Of a DNA stretch of 64,000 bases, positions 17,165-26,404 are shown in pieces. Numbering within the stretch: the first letter of the stretch is position 1; every line of letters begins with the position of its first letter. Location of the stretch: positions 7,511-71,510 of the forward strand of contig DAOQKI010000002.1 in the NCBI GenBank assembly GCA_035334485.1, read 5' to 3'. Below the pieces are notes generated by a model. The model was not told where the DNA came from, did not search any database, and saw only the letters and a program-made list of their open reading frames with translations. This stretch comes from Opitutaceae bacterium (GTDB lineage Bacteria > Verrucomicrobiota > Verrucomicrobiia > Opitutales > Opitutaceae). The position numbers and the translations under genes are program-made.

Positions 17165-18364
17165 TTACGCGAAGCTGCCGCCCCGGACGATGCCGAGGGC
17201 GCGGCGGCGGGCGCGGCGATCGGCGGCGGCCTTGCGCTCGTAACCGCTGCGGCGGTGCTCGGCGAGCGGGTCGGCGGGTAGGCCGTTACGCTTGCGCCAG
17301 GCAGCCAGGGCGGGAGTGACGTCGGTGAAGAACGCCTGCTTCAGCTGGAGCTCGGCATCGATGACATTGTTCCTGGCCTGGGCGGCGCGGAGACGGTCGT
17401 GGTCGACGAGCGCGGCCTTGGCGTAGAGCTCCTGCGCGATGACGACAGTCTGGATCATCGCCTCGACCTTGGGCTTCTCGTTGTGGCACTGGTCGACCAT
17501 GTAGGCGATCTTTGGCATGCGGCCGCGGTCGGCGGCGAACGCGTGGATCTCGTGGAAGATTCGGAAAATCTGGTACGGGTCGATGGAGCCGAGCGTGAGG
17601 TCGTCGTCGGCGTAACGGCGGTCGTTGAAGTGGAAGCCGCCGAGCATGTCCTCGTCGAGCAGCCACGCGACGATCTGCTCGATGTTCTGCGCGTTGTAGT
17701 GGTGGCCGGTGTCGACCAGCACCTTGGCGCGGGGGCCGGCGCGCTTCGAGAGGAGGTAGGCCATGCCCCAGTCGGCGATGTCGGTCTGATAGAAGGCCGG
17801 CTCGAAGGGCTTGTACTCGACGAGCATCGTCTGCTTCGGGCCGAGCTTTTTGTGCAGCGCCTTGAGACAGTCGGTGAAATGGCCCTTGCGCTCGCGGATG
17901 CTGCCCTGTCCCGGGTAATTGGTGCCGTCGGCGAACCAGAGCGAGAGGTACTCGCTGCCGACGGCCTTCATGATGGCCACCGAGTCGAAGCAGTGCTGCA
18001 GCGCCTGGCGCCGGACCGCGGGATCGTTGTGGCCGAACGAGCCCCACTTGTAGCACTGGTCCTGGAAGACATTGGGATTGATGGCGCCGAGCTTCACGCC
18101 GTGCTTCCGCGCGAGCCGCACGACCTTGCGCGGGTCCTCGCCGGGGGTGAAGTCCCACAGCACGTGCGTCGCGACCGTCGGGCAGCAGCCCGTGACGGCG
18201 TGGACCTGGCCGGCGTCGGCCAGCTTGTCGTTCATATCGATCGCGGCGGCATCCTGGAAGAACTTGCCGAAGCGCGTGCCCGTGTCGGCAAAGCCCCACG
18301 ACGGCGTCTCGACGTTGAAGGAATCAAGCGCCTCGACGGCGCGGCGGAGTAGTTTCGGGGTCAT
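17165..18364 (-). CDS. xylose-isomerase-like TIM-barrel sugar isomerase, L-rhamnose isomerase (RhaI, Pseudomonas stutzeri type)-like
   Basis: Track ORF is 17165..18484; ATG at 18364-18362 (MTPKLLRRAVEALDSFNVETPSWGFADTGTRFGKF), 399 aa. The N-terminal PSWG..TGGTRF-like block matches my memory of RhaI-type enzymes. Substrate not assignable. Confidence 0.65.
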   Translation of the reverse strand: MTPKLLRRAVEALDSFNVETPSWGFADTGTRFGKFFQDAAAIDMNDKLADAGQVHAVTGCCPTVATHVLWDFTPGEDPRKVVRLARKHGVKLGAINPNVFQDQCYKWGSFGHNDPAVRRQALQHCFDSVAIMKAVGSEYLSLWFADGTNYPGQGSIRERKGHFTDCLKALHKKLGPKQTMLVEYKPFEPAFYQTDIADWGMAYLLSKRAGPRAKVLVDTGHHYNAQNIEQIVAWLLDEDMLGGFHFNDRRYADDDLTLGSIDPYQIFRIFHEIHAFAADRGRMPKIAYMVDQCHNEKPKVEAMIQTVVIAQELYAKAALVDHDRLRAAQARNNVIDAELQLKQAFFTDVTPALAAWRKRNGLPADPLAEHRRSGYERKAAADRRARRRALGIVRGGSFA

Positions 18365-18617
18365 GGCGAACCCATTTGGGCCGCGGGGAACGGGGTTGTC
18401 AGCCGCGAAATCCTCGGCTCTCGTGGCCGCGCGATGTGCGACGCCTGCCTGATGCTGGGTTCCCCATGGCTGCCGAGCCTGCACGGCGGCCGCCCGCGCC
18501 CGCGCCCGACCGCGGTGTCGCTGGGACTGCGCCGCAAGGCAACGCCAGCGGCGGCAAAGCCCGATTCCAAGGCAACGAAGACCCGCGGATCGCGCCGGAA
18601 GTGAGCGCGTGGGCCTA

Positions 18618-18779
18618 GGTTGCCACGAAGGGCACGAAGACCGATCCGCGCTGCTTCGCGGCCTTAGCGGACTTAGCGGTAACCAAGACCAAACCGTCGA
18701 TCCGTTTCACCGCTAAGCTCGCGGAGGGCGCGAAGACCTGATCGTCCGGGCTTCGTGCGCTTCGTGACCTTGGTGGCAA
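18618..18779. repeat. CACGAAG/CTTAGCGG nested-hairpin element, copy A2 (full length)
   Basis: Outer arms are GGTTGCCACGAAGGGCACGAAGACC / GGGCTTCGTGCGCTTCGTGACCTTGGTGGCAA. Inner arms are CTTCGCGGCCTTAGCGGACTTAGCGGTAACC / TTTCACCGCTAAGCTCGCGGAGGGCGCGAAG. Confidence 0.9.
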
Positions 18780-18806
18780 TTCCCAGCCCTGCGCTCGGCG
18801 AACACG

Positions 18807-20465
18807 TCAGTCTTCGGGCGGCGGGGTGACAGGAACGGGGCGGTGCGTGCGGAGCAGGAGGTAGGCGAAGAGTGCGAGGGCGGCGGAGACGCCGACGAAC
18901 CAGTCGCCGTGGAGCACGTAGAAGGACGGCTGGCCGATCCAGCGGGCGTCGCGTGTGACGGCGACCGTCTGCGTACCGCGGAAGTAAATGCTGCCGTCTT
19001 CGTTGACGAGCGTGGCGCGGATGCTGCCGAACTCGTCGATCCACCCGCTCCAGCCGCCGTTGCCGCAGCGCAGCACGGGGCGGCGGGTCTCGACGGCGCG
19101 CAACACCGAGTGAGCGGCATGCTGGTAGGCCGCCCCACCCTCGCCGAACCAGGCGTTGTTCGTCTGGACGACCAGCACGTCGGCGCCGGCCAGGGCGCTG
19201 GTCCGCGCCAGCTGCGGGTAGATGTCCTCGTAGCAAATCAGCGGGCCGAAGGTCACCGAGTTGCCGGCGACGGGCACGACCAGCGGGGAGGAATAAAGTC
19301 CGGCCGCGAAGTCATCGCCGATGGGCACGAACTTGGAGAGCCAGCCCAGCACCGGACGGAGCGGAACGTATTCGCCGAACGGCACGAGATGGCGCTTCGC
19401 GTAGTAGGTCGTCTGGACGCCCGTCACGGGATCGACCGCGAACACGCCGTTGTACCAGGCCTCGTTAGGGGTGTGCGCCGCCTCGACGGCGACGGAGCCC
19501 AGCAGCAGCGGGGCGCGCGAGCGGCGGGCGAGCGACTCGACGAACGCCCGGGCGTCGGGATCGCCCTGCACGGCCCACGGGGTCGTGGCCTCGGGCCAGA
19601 GGATCGCGTCGGGCAGCGTGGCGGCGGCCTTCAGGGTCGTGTCCTCCAGCACCTTCAGGATGCCGGGGCCCTTGGCCGGGTCCCACTTCACGTCCTGCGG
19701 GATGTACGGCTGGACGAACGCGAAGCGGCCCAGGGGCACGCTGTAACGGAGCCGGTTGAACGACTCCTGGACATGGACGCAGAGGCACACGAGCAGGAGG
19801 AACATCGCGAGGAAGAACTCCTGGCTGCGCTTGCGCAGGCCGGTCTCGCCCTCGCGGAAGAGCCGGTGCGCGTACGCGGCGAACCCGAGGTTCATCATCA
19901 CGAGCACGAACGAGACGCCCCAGCCGCCGGTGAACGCGGCGATCTGGAGGATGCTGGCGCGCTCCCACTGGGTGGCCGAGAGCGGCAGCCACGGGAACCC
20001 GCTCAGCAGCCACGAGCGGGTCCACTCGACCACGACCCAGGCGCCGGCGAGCCCGAGTACGGCGACGAGGCGCACCGGCGTGGGCCGGCCGATGATGCGC
20101 GGCATGACCCACCGGGCGGCGAGGAACCAGCTGCCGACCCAGGCGCCGATGAACGGGCCGAGCAGGAAAAGCCCCAGCCACGTCACATGGTGCAACCAGC
20201 CCAGCACGACGGTCCACGCGACGGCCTGCGCGCCGAGCACCGTGAACGCGAACAGCCGGAACGGGGGCCGCAGGTAGGCCCAGAACAAGGCGGGCACGAG
20301 CATCGCGTAGGCGAACTCGGGCATCTGGAACGGGGGATACGACAGCACGCCGAGCAGCGCCGTGACTCCGAAGACGATCGCGGCGGCGACCGCGTTCGGA
20401 TGGCGGTCCCAAAGCGTCGGCTGCGGCGCGTAGGGATCGGGCGGAGAAGACGAGGAGTCGGGCAC
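18807..20465 (-). CDS. lnt: apolipoprotein N-acyltransferase
   Basis: 552 aa with an apparent GTG start (cac at 20463-20465). N-terminal multi-TM region plus a C-terminal CN-hydrolase domain (LICYEDIYP catalytic Cys context, WPE, VVQTNNAWFG). Confidence 0.88.
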   Translation of the reverse strand: MPDSSSSPPDPYAPQPTLWDRHPNAVAAAIVFGVTALLGVLSYPPFQMPEFAYAMLVPALFWAYLRPPFRLFAFTVLGAQAVAWTVVLGWLHHVTWLGLFLLGPFIGAWVGSWFLAARWVMPRIIGRPTPVRLVAVLGLAGAWVVVEWTRSWLLSGFPWLPLSATQWERASILQIAAFTGGWGVSFVLVMMNLGFAAYAHRLFREGETGLRKRSQEFFLAMFLLLVCLCVHVQESFNRLRYSVPLGRFAFVQPYIPQDVKWDPAKGPGILKVLEDTTLKAAATLPDAILWPEATTPWAVQGDPDARAFVESLARRSRAPLLLGSVAVEAAHTPNEAWYNGVFAVDPVTGVQTTYYAKRHLVPFGEYVPLRPVLGWLSKFVPIGDDFAAGLYSSPLVVPVAGNSVTFGPLICYEDIYPQLARTSALAGADVLVVQTNNAWFGEGGAAYQHAAHSVLRAVETRRPVLRCGNGGWSGWIDEFGSIRATLVNEDGSIYFRGTQTVAVTRDARWIGQPSFYVLHGDWFVGVSAALALFAYLLLRTHRPVPVTPPPED

Positions 20466-20472
20466 GGGAGGG

Positions 20473-20689
20473 AACGCTCAACTTTCAACGCTCAACGTTC
20501 AACGTTCAACTTCGGGCAAGGCGAACGCCGGACGTCGAACGTCGGACGCCGGACGTCGAAGGGCGCAGACCGCTGGGCCTAGGGCGCGAGCCGACTTGGG
20601 CGTCGAGCGTTGAATGTCGAACGTTGAGCGTTCCGGTCCGACACTTCGGCGTCCGGCGTTCGACGTCCGATGTTCGGCGTTCGTCCGGC
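20473..20689. repeat. compound element with two heptamer families in a-b-a'-b' order
   Basis: a is TCAACG(C/T) x about 5 (20473-20513). b is G(C/T)CG(G/A)AC x about 5 (20524-20561). a' is CGTTGA-type (20604-20633). b' is GTCCGGC/GTTCGAC-type (20645-20689). Confidence 0.85.
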
Positions 20690-20700
20690 CCCACCAAAAA

Positions 20701-23667
20701 TCAGGCTCCGTGGCAGTTCTTGTATTTCTTGCCGCTGCCGCACGGGCAGGGATCGTTGCGGCCGACCTTGGGGGTCTCGCGGCGGACGGTGACCTTGGGC
20801 AGCTGGATCTCGCGCTCGCCGCCGGAGGTGGCGGTGGTCGTGGTCTCGACGCGCGGGGCGGCGGCCGCGGGGGCGTCGGTGGGGCCGACGGCGCGGGCAG
20901 TGCGGCTGAGGAGGGCGAGCATGTTCTCGAAGGACTCGAGATTGGACGCGCTGCGGAACAGGCCGGTGCAGATCTGCAGGCGGACATTGTTCATCAGCTC
21001 CTCGAAGAAGCGGTAGGCCTCGGACTTGTACTCGACGAGCGGGTCCTTCTGGCCGTAGGTGCGCAGGCCGATGCTCTTGCGCAAGTCCTCCATCTCGGTG
21101 AGGTGCTCCTGCCAGTGGTGATCGATGGCGTTGATCACGACGTAGCGCTCGAGCGAGCCGAGCGCCTCGGGAATCTCGGCGGACTCCTTGATGCCGTAGG
21201 CGCGCTGGATCCGCTCCAGGACCAGGCGGGCGAGCGGCTCGACCTCGTTGCCGGCCAGCTCGTCGACGCGGAGGGTGATCGGGAAGTGGGAGTTGACCCA
21301 GCCGACGAAGCTCTCGACGGCGGCCGGGGCGGGGCCGGCCTTCTCGCCGTAGCCGGCGGCCTCGAGGCGGTTGAGGATCTCCTCCTCGACCTGCTCGAAG
21401 ATGATGGTCTTGGGGCGCTCGGCGTGGATGGCGGCGTTGCGGATGCCGTACACGACCTCGCGCTGCTGGTTGAGCACGTCGTCGTACTGGAGCAGGCGCT
21501 TGCGGATCGAGAAGTTCTGCTGCTCGACCTTTTTCTGGGCGGACTCGATGGAGCGGTTGAGCCACGGGTGCTCGAGCTCCTCGCCCTCCTTCATCGAGCC
21601 CTCCATGAGACGGGACGCGAGGTTGCCCTGGAGGAAGAGGCGCATCAGGTCGTCCTCGAGCGAGAGGAAGAACTTGGTGAGGCCGGGGTCGCCCTGGCGC
21701 GAGCAGCGGCCGCGCAGCTGGCGGTCGATGCGGCGGGACTCGTGGCGCTCGGTGCCGATGACGTAGAGGCCGCCGAGTTCGCGGACGCCCTCGCCCAGTT
21801 TGATGTCGGTGCCGCGGCCCGCCATGTTGGTGGCGATGGTGACGGCGCTGCGCTGGCCGGCGCGGGCGACAATCTCGGACTCCTGCTGGTGGAACTTGGC
21901 GTTGAGGACGGTGTGGACGACGCCGGCGCGCTTGAGCATGCGCGAGAGGATCTCGGACGACTCAACGGACACGGTGCCGACGAGCACGGGCTGGCCGCGC
22001 CCGTTGGCGGCCTCGATCTCGCGCACGACGGCGGCATACTTGTCTCGCCGCGTCTTGAAGATCGAATCGTTCCGGTCGACGCGGATGCAGGGCTTGTTGG
22101 TCGGGATGACCTGCACGCCGAGCCGGTAGATGTCGTGGAACTCCGTCGCCTCCGTCTCCGCCGTGCCGGTCATGCCGGCCAGCTTCTCGTACATGCGGAA
22201 GTAGTTCTGGATGGTGATCGTCGCGTAGGTGCGGGTCTCGCGCTCGATCGTGACGCCCTCCTTGGCCTCAACGGCCTGGTGGAGGCCGTCGGACCAGCGG
22301 CGGCCGGGCATGACGCGGCCGGTGTTCTCGTCGACGATCATGACCTTGCCCTCCTGGACGACGTACTCGACGTCCTTCTCGTAGAGGGAGTACGCGCGGA
22401 GGAGCTGGGAGATGGCGTGGATGTCCTCGGAGATCTCGGTGTAGCGGGCCTGGGAGGCGAGCTTGCGCTCCTCGCGCTGCTCGGGGGCGAGGGCGTGGTC
22501 CTTGTCGAGGTCGCTGAACTCGGTGGCCAGATCAGGGAGGACGAAGGCGTCGGGGTTGTCGGGCCGCAGGGCCTTGCGGCCGATCTCGGTGAGGTCGGCC
22601 TGGTGCTGGCGCTCGTCGATGGTGAAGAAGAGATCCTCCTTGAGGCGGTAGAGCTCGTCCTTGTTGAGGTCGGAGTTCATCTCCGTCTCGGTCTTGTCGA
22701 GGAGCTTGCGCCACTCGGGCGTCTCCATGAGCCGGAGGAGGAACTTATTCTTCGGGTTGCCCATCTTGACCTGCAGGAGCTTGCGGGCGGCGAGGAGCTG
22801 GTCGTCCTCGGAGGCGCCGGCCTTCTCGAGGAGGGCCTTGGCGTCGGAGGCGATCCGGTTGCAGAGGCGGGTCTGGTCGTTGACCAGGCGCTCGACCGGG
22901 GGCTTGATGCGGGTGAAGGGCTGCTCGCGCTCGATGGGCGCGGGGCCGGAGATGATGAGGGGGGTGCGGGCCTCGTCGATGAGGATGGAGTCGATTTCGT
23001 CGACGATGCAGTACCAGTGGTCGCGCTGGACCTGGTCCTCCTTGCGGGTGGCCATGCCGTTGTCGCGGAGGTAGTCGAAACCGAACTCGCTGGCGGTGCC
23101 GTAGGTGATGTCGCGGCCGTACATCTCGCGGCGGAGATCGGGGGCCATCTGCTGCTGGATGCAGCCGACGGAGACGCCGAGGAAGTTGTACAGGTGGCCC
23201 ATCCACTCGGAGTCGCGGCGGGCGAGGTAGTCGTTGACCGTGACGAGCTGGGTGTTCCGGCCGTTGAGGGAGTTGAGGTAGAGCGGGAGGGTCGAGACGA
23301 GGGTCTTGCCCTCGCCGGTGGCCATCTCGGCGATGCGGCCCTGGTGGATGGCGAGGCCGCCGATGATCTGGACGTCGAAGTGGACCATGTCCCAGGTCAG
23401 CTCGTGGTCGCAGACGATGATCTTGCGGCCGACGAGGCGGCGGGCGGCATTCTTGACGGTGGCGAACGCCTCGGGGAGGATCTGGTCGAGCGTCTCGCCG
23501 GCCTTCACCCGGGCGCGAAACTCGTCGGTCTTGGCGCGCAGCTGCTCGTCGGTGAGGGACTGGTACGTCTGCTCAATCTCGTTGATGCGCGCGACCGTGG
23601 GGCGGGCCTTGTCCAGGAACTTTTTGTAGTGCCGGCCGGCGAAGCGTTTGAACAGAAAGGAAAGCAT
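20701..23667 (-). CDS. secA: preprotein translocase ATPase SecA
   Basis: Track ORF is 20701..24027; ATG at 23667-23665 ([17 protein letters not shown]), 988 aa. Walker A region [39 protein letters not shown], and a C-terminal zinc motif [14 protein letters not shown]. Confidence 0.97.
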   Translation of the reverse strand: MLSFLFKRFAGRHYKKFLDKARPTVARINEIEQTYQSLTDEQLRAKTDEFRARVKAGETLDQILPEAFATVKNAARRLVGRKIIVCDHELTWDMVHFDVQIIGGLAIHQGRIAEMATGEGKTLVSTLPLYLNSLNGRNTQLVTVNDYLARRDSEWMGHLYNFLGVSVGCIQQQMAPDLRREMYGRDITYGTASEFGFDYLRDNGMATRKEDQVQRDHWYCIVDEIDSILIDEARTPLIISGPAPIEREQPFTRIKPPVERLVNDQTRLCNRIASDAKALLEKAGASEDDQLLAARKLLQVKMGNPKNKFLLRLMETPEWRKLLDKTETEMNSDLNKDELYRLKEDLFFTIDERQHQADLTEIGRKALRPDNPDAFVLPDLATEFSDLDKDHALAPEQREERKLASQARYTEISEDIHAISQLLRAYSLYEKDVEYVVQEGKVMIVDENTGRVMPGRRWSDGLHQAVEAKEGVTIERETRTYATITIQNYFRMYEKLAGMTGTAETEATEFHDIYRLGVQVIPTNKPCIRVDRNDSIFKTRRDKYAAVVREIEAANGRGQPVLVGTVSVESSEILSRMLKRAGVVHTVLNAKFHQQESEIVARAGQRSAVTIATNMAGRGTDIKLGEGVRELGGLYVIGTERHESRRIDRQLRGRCSRQGDPGLTKFFLSLEDDLMRLFLQGNLASRLMEGSMKEGEELEHPWLNRSIESAQKKVEQQNFSIRKRLLQYDDVLNQQREVVYGIRNAAIHAERPKTIIFEQVEEEILNRLEAAGYGEKAGPAPAAVESFVGWVNSHFPITLRVDELAGNEVEPLARLVLERIQRAYGIKESAEIPEALGSLERYVVINAIDHHWQEHLTEMEDLRKSIGLRTYGQKDPLVEYKSEAYRFFEELMNNVRLQICTGLFRSASNLESFENMLALLSRTARAVGPTDAPAAAAPRVETTTTATSGGEREIQLPKVTVRRETPKVGRNDPCPCGSGKKYKNCHGA

Positions 23668-23861
23668 GAAGGGCCGATACCATAGAAGCACCCGGGGGCT
23701 TGGCAAATGGCAAATCGGACGGCGGGGACGGGACGGGCGCCTGACGGATGCGCATGGGACGCAGGCAATTGAACGACCCGGCCGCGGCGGCCGGACGCAC
23801 GATTTCTGAAATTCGCCCGGGAATCTCCGCGAGCTCGCACGGGTCTTGCTTAGGGGAACCC

Positions 23862-25367
23862 ATGACCGTGCCTGCCCCCACCCCCGCCCACCCGCGCGCC
23901 CCGGGCGGCGCGCCGTCGCCCAGCGTCCTGGACGGCTACGCCACGGAGAGCTTCTTCGACGAGATGTTCCAGGCCGACGGCGCGCTGCGGCCGCACTACC
24001 GGAAATTCGTCGCGCGCCTGGGCTCAATCCCCCGGTCGGACCTCGACGCCCGCCGTCAGGCGGTCGACGCGATGTTTCTCCGGCAGGGCATCACCTTTAA
24101 CGTCTATGGCGACTCGCAGGGCACGGAGCGGATCTTCCCGTTCGACCTGCTGCCGCGGGTGATCCCGGCGGCCGAATGGGAGAAGCTCGAGGCCGGCCTC
24201 GTGCAGCGCATCACGGCGCTGAACCTCTTCCTCCACGACATCTATCACGAGCAGCGGATCCTGAAGGACGGGGTGATCCCTCCCTACTTCGTCCTCTCGG
24301 CGCGGCATTTCCGGCGGGAGTTCGTGAACTTCCGGGTGCCGGGCGACACCTACATCCACGTCTGCGGCACGGACCTGATCCGCGGGGCCGACGGTGGCTA
24401 CCTGGTGCTGGAGGACAACGCGCGGTGTCCGTCGGGAGTGAGCTACCTGCTGGAGAACCGGCGGGCGATGCGGCGGACGTTCCCCGGGTTCTTCGACGGC
24501 ACCGGGGTGCGGCCGGTGGACAACTACCCGGCCGAGCTCCTGGCCGTCCTGCAGCATTCGGCGCCGGCGGGCGTGGCGGACCCGACGGTGGTGCTGCTCA
24601 CGCCCGGGCCGTACAACTCGGCCTATTTCGAGCACACCTACCTCGCGCGGCAGATGGGCATCGAAATCGTCGAGGGCCGCGACCTGGTGGTGCGGGACCA
24701 GCGCGTGTACATGCGCACGACGAAGGGCCAGCAGCCGGTGCACGTGATCTACCGGCGGATCGACGACGACTTCCTCGATCCGACGGTCTTCCGGCCCGAC
24801 TCGGCGCTCGGCGTGCCCGGGCTGATCCACGCCTACCGCGCCGGCAATGTCTCGCTCGCCAACTCCGTCGGCACGGGCGTCGCGGACGACAAGGTGATGT
24901 ATTATTTCGTCCCGCGGATCATCAAGTACTACCTCGACCAGGACCCGCTGATCGCGAACGTGCCGACCTACCTCGCGAGCGAGGACCAGGACCGGGCATA
25001 CATCCTGGACCACCTCGACGAACTGGTGGTGAAGGCGGCGAATGAGGCGGGCGGGTACGGCATGCTGATGGGTCCGCAGGCCTCGGCGGCCGAGCGCGCG
25101 GCGTTCCGCGAGAAGATCATCGCGGACCCGCGGAACTACATCGCGCAGCCGATGATCTCGCTGTCGCGGCACCCCACCTTCATCGAGGAGACGGGCCGCT
25201 GCGAGGGGCGCCACATCGACCTCCGGCCCTACATCCTCTACGGCAAGAAAACCACGGTGATCCCGGGCGGCCTGACGCGGGTGGCGCTCCGCCGCGGCTC
25301 GCTGGTGGTGAACTCGTCGCAGGGCGGCGGGAGCAAGGACACCTGGGTGCTGTACGCCGACGAATAA
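23862..25367 (+). CDS. circularly permuted type-2 ATP-grasp protein
   Basis: ATG at 23862, 501 aa. Blocks YHRKFV..., [40 protein letters not shown] and [10 protein letters not shown] are typical of this family as I remember it. Confidence 0.8.
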   Translation: MTVPAPTPAHPRAPGGAPSPSVLDGYATESFFDEMFQADGALRPHYRKFVARLGSIPRSDLDARRQAVDAMFLRQGITFNVYGDSQGTERIFPFDLLPRVIPAAEWEKLEAGLVQRITALNLFLHDIYHEQRILKDGVIPPYFVLSARHFRREFVNFRVPGDTYIHVCGTDLIRGADGGYLVLEDNARCPSGVSYLLENRRAMRRTFPGFFDGTGVRPVDNYPAELLAVLQHSAPAGVADPTVVLLTPGPYNSAYFEHTYLARQMGIEIVEGRDLVVRDQRVYMRTTKGQQPVHVIYRRIDDDFLDPTVFRPDSALGVPGLIHAYRAGNVSLANSVGTGVADDKVMYYFVPRIIKYYLDQDPLIANVPTYLASEDQDRAYILDHLDELVVKAANEAGGYGMLMGPQASAAERAAFREKIIADPRNYIAQPMISLSRHPTFIEETGRCEGRHIDLRPYILYGKKTTVIPGGLTRVALRRGSLVVNSSQGGGSKDTWVLYADE

Positions 25368-25372
25368 CCGCC

Positions 25373-26404
25373 ATGCTGAGCCGCGTCGCCAACTCCCTCT
25401 ACTGGATGAGCCGCTACCTCGAACGCGCCGACAACACGGCGCGCCTGGTGGACGTGAACCTCCAGCTCTTCCTCGATTTCCGCGCCCGCGACGACCGCGA
25501 GCTCGCCGCGCGCTGGATGCCCGTAGTCCAGAGCGCGGGCGACGAGTCGCTGTTCCGGTCGCTCCACGGCTCGCCCACGGGGCGCACCGTCTCGGAGTTC
25601 CTCGTGTTCCAGCCCGAGAACCCCAACTCGATCCTGGCCGCGGTGACGCAGGCCCGCGAGAACGCGCGCATGGTGCGCGACCAGATCACGATCGAGGTGT
25701 GGGAGGAGCTCAACCGTCTCTACCTCTACCTGCGATCGGCGGCGGCGCGGGCCCAGCTCGAGTCGAGTCCCGGCGAGTTCTTCCAGGAGATCAAGGCGAG
25801 CTCGCTGCACCTGCAGGGGCTCACCAACGCGACCGTGGTACGCAACGAGGGCTGGCTGTTCCAGCAGGCGGGCAAGTACCTCGAGCGCGCGGACCAGACC
25901 TCGCGCATCCTCGACGTCCGCCACGCGACCTTCCCGCCCAAAGGGCCGCCGGCGCCGGTCGACCAGGCGGGCGCGCTCGAGTGGGCGGCGGTGCTGCGGT
26001 CATGCAGCGCGTGGGACGCCTACCGGTCGCTCCACGGGGCGGATGTCCAGCCGGCGCTGGTGGCGGAGTACCTGCTGCTGACGCCGGACTTTCCCCGGTC
26101 GGTGCGGTTCTGCCTCCAGTCGCTGAACGCCACGCTGCGGGGGATCTCGGGCACGGCCCCGGACCGCTTTGCCAACGACGCCGAGCGGCTCGCGGGCCGC
26201 CTGCTGGCCGAGCTGCAGTTCACAACCACGGCGGAGATCTTCGCCACGGGCCTCCACGCCTATGTCGACGAGCTGCAGACCAAGCTGAACAACATCGGCA
26301 CCGCCCTCTTCCAGGCCTATATCTTCCAATCGTTCCAGACGCTCGACACGGAGCAGCTGCAGCAGCAGGAAGAACAGCAGCAACAGCTGACGCCTGGAAG
26401 ATGA
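25373..26404 (+). CDS. alpha-E domain protein (DUF403)
   Basis: 343 aa. The N-terminus MLSRVANSLYWMSRYLERADNTARL is the classic alpha-E start. It begins 5 nt after the ATP-grasp gene. Gln-rich tail (EQLQQQEEQQQQL). Confidence 0.85.
   Translation: MLSRVANSLYWMSRYLERADNTARLVDVNLQLFLDFRARDDRELAARWMPVVQSAGDESLFRSLHGSPTGRTVSEFLVFQPENPNSILAAVTQARENARMVRDQITIEVWEELNRLYLYLRSAAARAQLESSPGEFFQEIKASSLHLQGLTNATVVRNEGWLFQQAGKYLERADQTSRILDVRHATFPPKGPPAPVDQAGALEWAAVLRSCSAWDAYRSLHGADVQPALVAEYLLLTPDFPRSVRFCLQSLNATLRGISGTAPDRFANDAERLAGRLLAELQFTTTAEIFATGLHAYVDELQTKLNNIGTALFQAYIFQSFQTLDTEQLQQQEEQQQQLTPGR

Noticed and set aside
20473-20689. Possibility that the short-repeat arrays are CRISPR arrays
   Set aside because: The units are 7-9 nt and directly abutting, with no 25-40-nt unique spacers between 24-40-nt repeats. 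The arrays come as inverted pairs, and there are no cas genes in the window.
20614-23685. 1023-aa ORF on the plus strand, covering almost all of secA in antisense
   Set aside because: This is a typical GC-rich shadow ORF. Its translation is low-complexity (Ala/Gly/Val/Asp/Leu/Glu runs) with no motifs, while the opposite strand encodes an unmistakable SecA.
23668-24027. N-terminal extensions implied by the ORF track. Examples: secA to 24027, PhyH to 15052 and 16962, pdxJ to 44972, Gfo/Idh/MocA to 47519, tgt to 32612, nrdB TTG at 55917, lysA-like TTG at 35559
   Set aside because: The track reports the longest ORF and appears to render GTG/TTG as M. The extensions are Arg/Pro/Gly-rich, cross repeats or neighbouring genes, and family-typical N-termini begin at the internal starts I chose.
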